In this document: in pieces, positions 1 to 12,940 of the stretch | How positions within the stretch are numbered: position 1 is the stretch's first letter | How the letters are laid out: every line of letters starts with the position of its first letter | From: Camelus dromedarius | Lineage: Eukaryota | Length of the DNA: 64,000 nt | Reading direction: 5' to 3' | Assembly: GCF_036321535.1 (NCBI RefSeq) | Contig: NC_087437.1 | Span: 90,274,001 to 90,338,000, forward strand | The notes under the pieces: model-generated | The model's input: the letters and a program-made list of their open reading frames with translations, nothing else | The model's database searches: none | What the model was told of the DNA's origin: nothing | Translations under genes and position numbers: made by a program

Positions 1-3000
1 ATCAGTACATTTATTCTCTATACAGAGAAAAATAAAATACTATTCATTTTCCTTGATAAAATATTAGTAGGATTTTGTCTGGTTGCTTACCAATTGCTGG
101 ATTAAATAAACAGAAGAGTATACTTTAACCATATGATAGTTTACTTCAATTTCATACTAATATATTTAATAAGAGTTTATGATAATCCAAGTAAATTCCA
201 TTTCTTATTAATTTTTAAGGGCAAGAGGTAGTTTGACTTTACTACTGGAGGCTTAGACCAAGCTGGCAGAACATTGTTACTAGGTAAACTGTTTAAGAAT
301 GGCTAGAATATTCTTTAGAATTAGGGAATAAAAAGAAGCAGCTAATATGGTGAAATAAAATATACTATAATATATAATACTTGTTTGGGATTTATAAACT
401 GAAATAATGACCCATACCATTAACAAAATATTGGTGAACTAAAAATGTTCAGATGTAATAAGTTATTTCATTTATGTTGTTTTATGGGATCGTCAGTATG
501 GTCATTAGAGAATTCATTAGAAATTTAATGAGGATCCTTTATAGAGGCTCTTTCTTTTAGTTTTTCATGTTAACTTTCCTGTCCCACTGGTAAGTAAACT
601 GAATGAGAATTAGAGCTAACAACTCTGAATATATTAATCACAAATGTCTGCTTAATCCATTAAAATTTTTCAATTATCTCTTTGTATACTTCTCGAGGGA
701 CTGAGCAAATGAGATTAGAAAAAAATTAGAGCAAATAATAAATTTAAATTGTATATATTTTTTAAAATTTATGATGTCTTTCTGAATTTTATTCTATATG
801 AAAATAAATGTATAAAGTATTATTTTGGTTTCAAATGAGTCACAAAACTGTTTTCCAAGGGACAAAGGGAAAATATCCTGGCAATGTGAAAGGATAATGA
901 TTTAATATAATGTTGAATAAATTAATATGGACAATATAAATGTTGAGTCAACCATTACTTAACCAGCTACTGAAACCATCAAATGCCCTATGTATTTTAA
1001 ATTCTAGGATCTGGTTTTACCCCAGGTGTTTGAAAGTGATGAGAATCGTTTTGCAAAAACATTATTTCAAACAGACAGCAAATATGGAAAAAAAAAAAAA
1101 AGAAAAAAGTTAGAAATATTCTGATGGCTCTAGAGAGTAAGTTTTTTACAATGGCATTAGCTCACTTTACATTAAATACCTCAGATAATAGCTAACTAGA
1201 AGTTGCTAAGTTTAAAAATTATAAAAAAATTCATAACCTGATCTAAACATAAGCTACAGTAATAGCTTTGTTTTGGAGCAGGAGATACTACCATATGAAT
1301 ATTTGATCTAAAATAATTAAATCAATACAAATAAAAATATTAAATTATAATAATATAGAGAAACAATTTGATAACAGCAGTTTATTTTTTCTCACACTAT
1401 AACATAGCAAGGAGTATTCAATTACACTATGTAGTAACACTGATAAAAGAGGCTTGATAAATTTTTTCTTGAAGCTAAGTAATTATGCTACAGATGAAAA
1501 ACTTTTCATATACTTTATTAATTCTACAATATTTTGTTTTCCAAAATCAAGTTGCCTAATTTTTACTGTTTTTTCATTCAGACTTCTCTATGATTGAACA
1601 CACTTATGATTAGAAAGTTGATTTACCAAGGATCCCTAAAAATGACATCAGATGTTTTCATTTAGGTCAATGGATCATGTTTCCATGAAACATTTTATTT
1701 ATTGCCAAATTAGAGACTATCTATAAATAATTGTATTCTGGGTATTACTTCTTTTATATATTTGACCCACTTCTGTTTTAAATATTTTGTTCGTCTACCT
1801 TTCATCCTTATTTTGAGACAGTGAATATACAAAGTTATAGCCTAGCACAGAAGCATGCTCATAGGAGGCAGTAAATAAACTTCATGTAATGAATAAATAT
1901 TTGTTAAGTGAATATATGAATGTGGATAATGTGGCAGTTCATAGGGCTATGTGAGAGAAACTTCAGAAGGCAATTGCTCTGCATGTAACTCAAGAAGATT
2001 ATTGTCCTTTGGTTTAAACATAAAGTTGTAATTAATATTAAAACATTTAAAGTATAATTTTATGATATTTTAGATTTTTGCTGGAAAAGAGAATAATTCA
2101 TAAACAAATAATTGTTGTAAAATATGACAGACTGAGAATTTTTCAAATTAACAACAGGACAGATTTTTATAATGTTGTTAGATATGCATTTTGGGTTGAA
2201 TTTAATAATTCTAATGAATAAGACCAATGTTAAATTACACATGTATATCAAGAATCTTAGATCAGTTTTACATAAGACACTGAACTAGCATCTCCATTGT
2301 ATCCACTATAGTTTAATATTGTAATACATGTTTGGCAAGTATTGGTTGAATTAAAATTAGGATTTTTTTGTTCATTTTCAATTACCCATCATGATAAAGG
2401 AAGAAAATAAAGTGGCCAAGTCAGCATCAGCAAACATCCCAGAAACCTGACTTTGTCAAAATTATAATGAAGAGCAGAGACAAACAAAATTCACACTATT
2501 CAAAATGAATGGTTAATTTCTAAATAATCAAGAAATTGTATAATAATGTAAGAGTTATTGACCTAATTTAAAATGATTCATGGAAAATATAATTAATTTA
2601 AGTATAAAATATAATTTTGTATGTTGAATTTTTTTTAAAAGGAAAAATCGTTTTGAGTTATTTTTGAAGTATTTGTTCAATGTAAAAACAAGTTCTAGTT
2701 TAAAAAAATCTTCTGTAAATTATATCCCAATTCTTGTTTTAGTTGGAAATGTTTACACTACACTTGGTACTTTCAGTGTAAACTTAAAAAAAAATTATTC
2801 ATATAGCTTGTTTCATACTTTAAGCATTAAATTACTCTTTCACAGATTTTAGAATATTTTGTTTTGGTTTAGCAAAAAAGAAAAATCTAACATAACACCA
2901 TACTTGTTCTACTGTAGATTTTTTTGGTGTATCAATTACCCTGAAATTGATATAATTTAATGTTTTTATAGCTCTTTGTTATGCCCTTTTCAGAATAAGA

Positions 3001-3779
3001 TGTTAAGTTAATCATGTTTTTAGACATGCAGTTTATTCTATCATTTCTAGTAGCATGTGCAATATCAACAGCAAAAAGCTTCTCATTATTAATTGCTATA
3101 TCTTAACCATTTAACTCAATTTCTTTGTGACTGGGAATAAAAAACTCAGATGCTATTAAACATCAATATATCATGAATAGATTAAAATACTAGTTGAATT
3201 GATTTTTAACAAATCAATACAGGTATAAAATAAAATATCAATAAAAATACAAAGAGCTGTAGCAAAAAGTTTTTTTTTTCCTCTTGCACAAACACAAATA
3301 AAAATATACATAAATTTCAGAACTCTAAAAGCAATTTAAAACCAAAATAGCTTTATGTTTCCTGAGTGTCTTACTGACTGAGAGTAAAAATTGAACTCTT
3401 GCATTTCCTTCACAATATGTTCTGACTAAATTATCTGATGTATAGTTTGTTCAGTCACTAAACTATATTTCTGAAGTGTTTTTGCTAGAAACCTGGTTAA
3501 ATTCTTACAAACTCTGATTTGTTAACTATTAAAGAGGCTCCCCTCATATCAGACAAGTTTGTATTTTTCAGTTCTTCTGAAGATGATTTTTCATTCCAAA
3601 CATTGTGTTAAAAGACCCCTAATTTTAATTTGTATCATTTAGTCTTACAGATTTTATACCTTAATACCAATGACAATTTTTGAGAAGTTTGAAAAGTGAT
3701 GTTTAGAACACACACACAAAGTAACTAACCAAATCTATTTACATTAACAATCTTTAACTTTCTAGGTTGTATAATGCAA

Positions 3780-3998
3780 ATGTAGAGGGAAAGCATAGAC
3801 TTTGTAATGACACAAATCTGGATTTTAATTCCCTCATCACCACTGACTAGCTAGGTGACCTCTGGCTTTTAATTTACCACCATGAGTCACTATCATTCAC
3901 AGACAAGTTATTAACCTCTCTCTTGTTTGGCTCTTGGGAGGCTGAATATGCAATGCATATAGCATATTGTTTGGCACATGGTAGTTAATATATTATAG
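3780..3998 (+). mobile_element. MIR SINE relic
   Basis: Degenerate MIR hallmarks: 'gaaagcatagactttg...ctggattttaattccc...ccactgactagctaggtgacc...caagttattaacctctct...tttggcacatggtagttaata'. Boundaries approximate. Confidence 0.7.
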
Positions 3999-5859
3999 TT
4001 AATATATTTATAAATAGTCATTTTTAATTGCAAGCGATTTACATGCCATCAAATTTGAGGAAGAAAGGTAGAAATAAGTTTAACAGGTGACTAGATTAGC
4101 AAAGAATCATTTACCCTTGAATACTGGTCAAATGGTCAAGTCTAAGGGACACCACCTAGACACACACAAACGTGGATGAAGAGGAAAGTCTCAGGCTGAA
4201 TTCTCATTTAGTGGGTATTTAGTTTACTCTCCAACTGTTTTAGGGTTTTATTACATGTTCTGGAATACACAAAGCTGATCCAGATTTAAGAAATACTCCA
4301 GGATCATTTTTCTTTGATGGTTCACATGACAACTTCAGTATGGTTGCCTGGATTTCCCTAGTTATGTAAAGGATTGTCTAGTTTTCCTGGCAAGACTACC
4401 ACTTATAAAAAATCATGTAGGAACAGCTATTGTATGACTCGAGACTGACACTGTTTTCTAGGTATTATTTTTGTCTTTTGTAAAATAGATTAAAATAATA
4501 GGGATTTAGCCAATGTATACTTTTACAAGAAAAAAAAAATCAAACTATACTATTTCTAATCACCTTCCAAATTCCAATACTTGGCAAGACTTTGTAAAAA
4601 AAAATTAAAGCCTATTAATATTTTCCTATAGTTTTCAAAATTTTAGCAAATTAATGCTTGGTAGCAGGATGGTGAAAAGTGTGGGAGTGAAGGACTTATT
4701 CAACAAGTAGATAGAATGGATTCAGTGACTTCAGAAACCTGACATCCCAAGGGTCCTATAAAAAGAGCTACTTTGGAATGGCAGTCTGCAGTGGAAAGGA
4801 ACTAAATTGATTCCAAAGATTTATACTTACGCTTTTGCTCTAAATCATAGCTTTGAAAATGAAAAATAATGGCTAACAAGAAATAATAGTGAAATTGTTA
4901 CAAACATAACGCAAAGTATTCTGCAGAAACTTTGTTTTCAGAATACTTTCCTTTTTTGCAAGGTCAATAAAAAATCAAAATAAAACTTTACAATTTTATC
5001 CAATATTATTTAATCTGGAGCTGCCAAAGATAGATAAATAAAAATATTTTCATATTTGGTTTCAATAAGTTGAGCCAGAGGAAGTTCAATCGATGCTTAT
5101 TTTAAAACCTTTTACCGTGCAAGGTTTTTGGCTGAGGTTTTACCTCTCTTTATTCAAAAGGACCCAAGAGAGACATTATCCTTCAGTCAAGTACACAGCC
5201 CTTGCATGTTGCTGAAATTTTTGCCACACTATTTGTTATAATAAACTAGAGACTGAAAAGGTGGTCAGCATGATTAGCTATGTACCCAACCTTTTCATAG
5301 ATAAAATGACTTTTATACATATTTAAAAGGAAATCTGTATTTAGTGTAGGAGATTTTTTTTAGCAATGTAAGAGACTCAGATTATGGCTCTTCAGTGTAG
5401 AAAATACTCTAAAATTTAGCTTCTGATCTTTAACAATATCCAATTACTACAGTCCATTTTTCTATAAGATGTTAGAGGAAGGAATGCACAATATGTTTGG
5501 GATTTAAATAATCAATTTCATAATGCTTTTTAATATAAATATTTGAATATTAAATATTTAAATAACAACAATAATGAAGATGATTAGGTCTGATCTATCA
5601 GAATACACTGATTTCTGAATTTTGTTCTGACAGTAACTAACCTGGGAAGAAAGGATTATGCAAAGTACATGAAGAGGACAGTGGGCCTATTTTGAGAAAT
5701 TCTGATTCTAATATAACAAGGGAAGTTGATCTTTTTTTCCCCTTTCTTTATTATAGACAGGTCCCTACCAGATATGTATTCACCTTGGTTTGAGGGGACA
5801 TTAGTTATGGCTGAACACTCTGATTCCTCACTCCATCTGGACAATTTAATGAGCAGGCT

Positions 5860-5945
5860 CCCTCTTTTAAGACCAAATGAGATAATGCATGCAAAATCAC
5901 TTTGAAGAGCATAAAAGTACTTTACAAATGCAAAGTATTATTACT
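5860..5945 (+). mobile_element. MIR 3' end fragment
   Basis: 'aaatgagataatgcatgcaaaatcactttg...tacaaatgcaaagtattatta' resembles the MIR 3' tail. Confidence 0.55.
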
Positions 5946-6774
5946 TTGAGGCAAGTAATTAGTGCTTTTAGTAATAAAGGAGTACCACTTGACAATATTA
6001 ATATATGAATGACAGTTCTTTAGAAATGACCTTCTAATCAGTTGGGCACACACCTATGTGAAAAGTAGAATAACTTAAGTTACATTATCTTACATTCCTG
6101 ATGAGAAATCAAGAAATTTCATAAGAACCAGACACATCATGCTATAAAGATACATACTGCCTTGTAGTTTTCATTGAACAACATCTAGAACTCTAGAAAA
6201 CATCATCCATTAAGCAAATCATTCATAAATATTTGTTAGTAACTAAGGTCAAACATATGCAATGCTATTAAAATGCAGCAGAAATATGATGTCTCAGTAT
6301 ACCAATGTGAGTTATTTTCATTCATTTAAAGTTTAATTTTTGATCACATATTTTGACTCTATTCTCAATAAAACAAGGTCATTGGCATGTAGTAATTTCA
6401 GGTCTTTTGAGGAGCAATGAGTAATGAATTGCATCATTAAAAAAAAAGTAAAATAACCATATGAGAGGAGGAACAATATTGAAAATTATTTTTTACGAAC
6501 AAAAGTTCAGATTTGAACTGTCAGAACTGGCATCATGCACCATTATTTAGGCTTTGACTTTATGATTTAAAAAAAAAATAATTACTAGTGAATCTACACT
6601 GGCAAGATAATATTAAAACCCGAGCATCTCCTAAGGTAAAGAATCAATTAAATATTCAGAGGACCAAAAAGCCAGTATCAAAAAATCCCTAGTGATTTTT
6701 AATCTTTTCAAAATTTGTTCAATATTTTAAAATTTGGTTATTTATTAATATGTTAAAAAAGATCTGTGGTAGTC

Positions 6775-7236
6775 TTTTTTAAAATTGAAATATAGTTGAT
6801 GTACAATATTATGTTAATTTCAAGTGTGCTACACCGTGATTTGACATTTGTATACTTTGAGATATTCACCATGATAACTCTAGCAACCACCTGTCCCCAT
6901 ACTAAGTTATTACAGTATTATACACCATACTTCTTACACTGTATGTTACATTCCTGTGGTTTATTAATTTTATAATTGGAGGTTTCTATCTTTTAATCCC
7001 TTTTACTTATTTTGCCCCTAACTCTCCTACTCTCCCCCTCCCCTCTGGAACTCTTTCTTTCTCTGTATCTGTGAGTTTGTTTTTATTTGGTTTGTTTTGT
7101 TTTTTAGATTCCCTATATAAGTTAGATCATACATTATTTGTCTTTGACTTATTTCACTTTGCATAATATTCTCTAGATCCATCTATCTTGTCACAAATGG
7201 CAAGAATGCATTTTAATGGCTGAGTAATATTTCATG

Positions 7237-7284
<48 letters not shown>

Positions 7285-7585
7285 GATGTGTGTATACATA
7301 TATATATGCATATATACACACACATCTATTTTTTATCCATTCATCTATCCATAAGACTAAGGTTGCTTCCAAATCTTGGCTAGTGTAAATAATGCTGCAG
7401 TGAACAATGGAGTACATGTATTCAAATTTGTATTTTGTTTTCTTCAGGTAAATACCTCAAAGTGAAATTTCTGGATCACATGGCAACCTTTTTTTTTTTG
7501 AACCTCCATACTGTTTTCCATAATGGCTGCACTAATTTTCGATTCTACTGAAAGTTCAGGAGAGTTCCTTTTTCTCCAGATATGT
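6775..7585 (-). mobile_element. LINE-1 3' end (older L1MA-like), 5'-truncated
   Basis: Begins with poly-T and 'aattgaaatatagttgatgtacaatattatgtt'. Contains antisense L1 motifs 'tttgacttatttcactt', 'ttatccattcatc', 'aataatgctgcagtgaaca' and 'gaacctccatactgttttccataatggctgcactaattt'. Confidence 0.9.
7238..7278. repeat. (TA)n microsatellite inside the L1
   Basis: About 20 perfect TA units read directly. Confidence 0.95.
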
Positions 7586-9644
7586 GGTAGTCTTAATACA
7601 CGGTCATTAGACTTGAAACAATAAAGAAATATATATATATATACACATACATACATACAAATATATGTATTTGTAAAGGTGAGAAGTGAATTTTATGATG
7701 TTTCTTTAAACAATAAGCTTTATATTTTCCAAATAAAATCTAGCTTATTTACAAAGTGAGGACTATATAGCAATACTGTCCTTTTCACCACTCTGAAAAC
7801 ACAAACTTCCCCCTATATTAAAAACAAAAAACAAACAACAACAAAAAAACTCAGAGCAAATGTAACAACAAAAAGAAATACATACAACTTAACAGAAAAA
7901 AAAAAGAGAACTTATATGGTATTAATTTGACATCCTATAACATGTTTTTATATAGATAGTTGAGAAGTCCACGTAGAAAAGTTTTATATACACTACTTCA
8001 TGAGAATACTTAGAAATACTTTATATAAAAACTCTCCTGAGTCCCAAATAGTATATAAGAAATATTCAAATTGAAATTTTGATTTCCTTAACTATATAAG
8101 AAATAACATTCTTGACTAAGGGATGTTATCTTGGGCATGCAGCTGTTCTATTATTATCAGCTGAATCACCTTTCACAAGATACTCAAAAGAAAGGTCTAG
8201 AGAGGAAGATTGGATTGTGAATATTTTCAAGTAAATTTCTAGTATGCTAGCTCTGGATAGAGTAGATGCATTTAGCTTTTCCTTCACAGAATATAATTCT
8301 CCAGAAATGTAATTTTTTAAAATTAATTAAACCATATGCCTAAAAGAGATGAGGATATTTTTTAGCTTATTTAAATTTGAAATTAATAGAAAATGTGCTT
8401 TTTGATAATATGTATCTACCAAAAAATGAATATCTTTAATAATTTTGATGATACTATCTACTGGTATAATTAACCTAAATTATTTTATCAACTATGTTTT
8501 GTTGACCAGCTGAACATCTAAACTAAGATTACTGCCCATTCTTGAACAAAGAACATCAGTCAGTTGATATTATCCTAAGAGTCTATTTTATAAGCCAAGT
8601 ACATTTTGGATGAAAACTGAATTTTCATTGAATGAAAAATATTTCAGTTATCTAAAGTCTCCTGTGTATTACATATCAACTTTAAACTGTCTTTTAAAAA
8701 CTTGTGCCTACTGTAATTCTTCTCCCCAGAGCATTTCTTTTCATAAAGCCGAATGTTCCCTAAAATCAAAGCCTTATCATGCATTTCATCAGCAATGAAT
8801 GTCCTATCATCATCTAGTCTAATCTGCTTTTCAATATTCTCTTATTTTTCAAGCTCTGGACTTTTGTTGATGTTACATGGAGGTCATACTTGTAGGTTTA
8901 TGATGCTTAATAAAATTTTATTGCTGCTTTCCTGTCAATCTCAAGAGTAAGTTAAATCTATACACTTATAATTAAACACATGGATGCCTAGGAACTAATT
9001 CTCAAAAAATAAAAGAGGTTCAATTCCAACACTTATCTTACTTTTCTATATGCTCAAAATTTATGCTACTTCATCAAATTTTGACAATTTAGCCCCAAAT
9101 ATTTATGAGTAAATATTGTGATAACATTAAAATGATGACAAATTTTGAAATAATAGGTGTATATATCATCCAAAACAAAACCTTCTTTACTAGGTGTCCT
9201 AGCAGACTGAGAAAATAAGCAGAATTTTGAAACAGCTTAATCTCAGAAGAACTAACCTGGTAGATTTGTCCCCTTGAGAATGCTGTACCAAACTCAGGGA
9301 CAAGTTCCCTATTAGAAGTGTCCCCAGATCATTCATTTTGTCATATTAATCACCACCAAAATAAGAGCCATTACCCTAGACTGATGAGCTTGAATATGTT
9401 ATTGATGTTGGTCCAATTAAGTATTTTATGGAAAGAGTATTACATCAGAAGTTGAGACATGATAGCACTGGTATGCATTTTGTTAATTTCTATAAACTTC
9501 ACAAATAATTTTCAGGAATTAAAGTAAATACATAATCCTATCACAAGTAAATCATTTCAAGAATTAGCTTTTTTCATATTAAAAAAATATATCATGCCAA
9601 GAAACACAAAGTCATAAATGTAAACATAGAAAAAAATACCTAGT

Positions 9645-9746
9645 AAATTGTACTCTACACTGGAATTTGACACAACATTGTAAAATGATTATAAATCAAT
9701 AAAAATGTTAAATAAATCAATTAATTAATTTAAAAAATTTAAAAAA
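9645..9746 (+). mobile_element. Young camelid-type L1 3' tail, extremely 5'-truncated, with 17-bp TSD
   Basis: 'aaattgtactctacactggaatttgacacaacattgtaaaatgattataaatcaataaaa' is nearly identical to the copy at 48328-48388. Flanked by the direct repeat agaaaaaaatacctagt at 9628-9644 and 9747-9763. Confidence 0.9.
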
Positions 9747-10937
9747 AGAAAAAAATACCTAGTTCTTTTCTATCTTCTTCCATGCTTAACAATATATTAA
9801 ATAAAGCAACAATATAAAAAACTAAACTTTTGTCTAAAATATTTATCATCTTACTTTACTTAAATTTGGTAGCAAAACCAATATCATATTTATGAATGCT
9901 AGCAAACCAGAAGCAGACAAAGAAAAGGAAAAGAAAAATTTCCTTACAAAATGGCATCATGCAATCACATTAGAAATCTGATGATTCATTCATCCATACC
10001 GTAAGGATACATTCTCCAGAATATATTCTTTAAATAACATAATTTATTAATGCTACAACCAAATTTTAAGGAAACTAATACTTTCATTTTTTGAAATAGA
10101 TTTCCAGCTCATAAATTTCAATGTGCACTAATAACCTCCATGAATACAATTATATATTTAGTAAAGAAGCCTTTGCTGACATTTGGATTTCACAGTAAAA
10201 GCTGTTTTCTCCTTTTAAATGATTTCTGAAGAGTCATTTATTTTAAATACTTCTAATAACTTGGACCAAATAGCATTTGTTAAAAAATGACTGACAAAAG
10301 AAAACAATTCCCAAACTAATTCTATAAAAGCTCTTTTAATAAAATAATTTGAAAGGTTTTTCTACTAGATTTTAAGAGTAGAATGATTCATTTTCTCTCA
10401 AGATCTTGTTCTTAAATATTAACCCACTGTGAGTGTGCTCCATTTGATCTATATTTAATATTACATTGGTTAAAGAAATGAAATCTATCATATTTCCAAG
10501 ATTAAAAATCTAATTTCTATAGGTTTTTCAGTAAAGCAGTTTATTTCTAGACTTAATATAATTTTATTTTTTACCATTTTATAGACTCTTCAGTGTTAAT
10601 AGCTGGAATAGTCAAAATCACATCTCCAGTTACATTTTTTAAACAATCTTCCATTTGAAGTAACATCCACTGACACTAACTGTATCAGAGCAAGTCATTG
10701 GCATTCGAATATAAAGCAGTCTAATTTACTTACATACTAGTTCTGAATGACACAATTACAAAACATAAAAATAAGAAAATATTCAGCCCTCAGTACTTAT
10801 GGGCCTAACTTTAAATAGTTTTCAATATTTGATCATGTCTCCCAGTGACAGAGTGCCCAACTCACTCACTAATTTATGTCTTTTGCATGATTCAGCATTC
10901 AATCTGGTGCTTAAGCCAAGTCTGTTTCTTTACTTAC

Positions 10938-11010
10938 CCACAGGACACTAATAAAAAAGCATATAATACTTCATATCCAGGAACTCTGATTTTAACCTTC
11001 AGTTACTCAC
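10938..11010 (-). other. 73-nt non-coding (poison) exon that begins with a 5' splice site; candidate recursive-splicing RS-exon
   Basis: Minus strand: tactaac-cattatccttctttcttttctcttacag|GTGAGTAACTGAAG...GTGTCCTGTGG|gtaagt. Strong acceptor, GTGAGT at the exon start, GTAAGT donor at 10937-10932, and stops in all three frames within the first 12 nt. Confidence 0.75.
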
Positions 11011-11045
11011 CTGTAAGAGAAAAGAAAGAAGGATAATGGTTAGTA
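11011..11045 (-). promoter_or_regulatory. Strong 3' splice site: TACTAAC branch point, polypyrimidine tract and CAG
   Basis: Plus strand gttagta at 11039-11045 reads TACTAAC on the minus strand, with the branch A 30 nt upstream of the junction. It is followed by an 18-nt pyrimidine run ccttctttcttttctctt and then acag. Confidence 0.8.
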
Positions 11046-11224
11046 TTTAATATACTTAATGTTTTGTTACATTCAAGGAGCATCGTAATATAAAAGGGCA
11101 TTCCTTACTGCCTTGCACTTTGATATGTATATTTATACAACAATTTTGCAAAGTCAATTATATTTGAGGATTTTACATTGTTAAGATTTTAGGAAGGTCT
11201 TTTATTTTCTATGTCAACTTACTT

Positions 11225-11273
11225 AAAATAAATAAATAAGTAAATAAATAAACAAACAAACAAACAAACAAAC
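11225..11273. repeat. (AAAT)n(AAAC)n compound microsatellite
   Basis: 'aaaataaataaataagtaaataaataaacaaacaaacaaacaaacaaac' read directly. Confidence 0.9.
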
Positions 11274-11843
11274 CTGGCAGGAAATAATCAACTTAGCCAC
11301 CTGAACAAAGTATCTTAATATTCCAAATGCATTACCTTGGACAATACTTTATCAAATTACTTAATTAAAACAAATGTTCTAGTCAAGTATTTGTTCACTG
11401 TCATCTAAACTGTTGATCAGCTACTTGACTTTTCCCTTTGGGTCTTTCCCTACATTCAAAGAGCTCAGAGGAAAGACAGGTTATCCCAAGGGAAATTATT
11501 ACTTCACTCCTCTAACCTCTGGGAGCTGAATCACCAGAAGTTGCTGTTCTTCAGTGGTCTGAGACCACATTGTTTTCTTTCTGGAATTCTTTCTACACCA
11601 TTTTTCCCTGTCACAAATAAGTATTAAAATGATGAGAATGGTTTGATCTGAAATTACAAAACTTGACATAAGAAGTGAAAAATAACGTACAGAAATTAGT
11701 TGTTTACTATATACTCATTAAAATGAGACTGTATTCCCTTCTAGGATGTAAATTATGGCAAACTGGTAAGTTTTTAAGGAAAATTCTGGAGAGTTAGAGG
11801 GTTCTTTCCTCTCCTTGAGAAATTAGCACAATAGTATGCTATG

Positions 11844-11921
11844 TGATTTTATTGCCAATAAAAATTGATATATTTTTAGAAATGATTTTATTGCCAATAA
11901 AAATTGATATATTTTTAGAAA
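11844..11921. repeat. Perfect 39-bp tandem duplication
   Basis: tgattttattgccaataaaaattgatatatttttagaaa occurs at 11844-11882 and again at 11883-11921. Confidence 0.95.
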
Positions 11922-11924
11922 AAT

Positions 11925-12092
11925 AGCTACATATCTTGAATTTATGATGTACCAAGCCAGAAGAGAAGATTTTCATAAACTATAGTAGTTAATCCTGAAA
12001 ATAGTGCTATCAAGAGATGTTATTATTATTTCTATTTTTATATTAAAAAAACATAATAGTGGTAAATGGTGGGACTAGTGTTAGAACCCAAA
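11925..12092 (-). mobile_element. MIR relic
   Basis: 'atagctac...tatgatgtaccaagc...ttaatcct...tattattatttctatttta...gtaaatggtgggactagtgttagaaccca' resembles antisense MIR. Confidence 0.5.
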
Positions 12093-12789
12093 GTATTTTT
12101 CAAAAAAATAAAATAAAATACAATAATTCAAAGCCAATTTTAAAGGGAGAATGGTAATTAATTATATGACAATCACTTTCCAAACAACTACACTGATCAT
12201 TAAAGATCAGTATTTTCAAAATCCTCCAAAACTCTCCCCCATAAAATATGTCTTTACCTCCTCATGTTTATAAAAAGCATAGTACATGAAAGTATAAAAT
12301 TTGATGCTTTGATACTTGAAATCCACTTTATTTAAGAAGCACAATCTTTTTAATAACTAAAAAAATTTTAATAAGAGAGATGAACAATTAAAGTGGCATG
12401 CAATTATGTTGACTTAGAACTTGTATTATTTACATAAGTGGTTATTAGAATTAATTTAATTAATCAGAGTAAGTTTTCAGTTGTCTAGTTGTAAGATGTT
12501 TTTCAAATCTGGTCAATTTTTCCATTATATATAGAATGAAAAGTTGTCATCACTGTGAGGTAACACAGACACGTATCCTGATAGTTTTTCCTATAAAATT
12601 GGGAATAAGCTCTGTAATGAAATTAGTTTTTCTTAGAGATTACTTTTAAACCACAAATCACTGGGAATGATATATTATTTAAATCCATGTTTCTAATACA
12701 TGCAGGCAAATTTAATCCTAATAGATATTTACAGTTTTCACTAAGAGTTGATCTCACCCTCCTAGCACCCTGCGTTCCCTTCTTTCTGT

Positions 12790-12940
12790 CTAGTCTAGCA
12801 GTTAAGAGCTGTAACACTCTGGAGTTCGGCTGGTCTGAGTTTGAAGACTACTCTCTGACCTCTGGTATTTGTGTGGCCTTGGGGAAAATGACAGCTCTAA
12901 GCCTCAGTTGCCTAATCTTCAAAATGGCCATAACAGCCCT
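12790..12940 (+). mobile_element. MIR relic
   Basis: 'gcagttaagagc...ctctggagt...ctgagtttgaa...tgtgtggccttgggg...ctctaagcctcagttgcctaatcttcaaaatgg'. Confidence 0.75.

Noticed and set aside
4755..4770. TATA-like cctataaaaag
   Set aside because: Isolated motif with no CpG island or supportable first exon.
7430..7455. Plus-strand 'ttttgttttcttcag|gtaaat', resembling a recursive splice site
   Set aside because: Lies inside antisense L1 sequence where such a string is commonplace. No branch point, and the donor is not GURAG.
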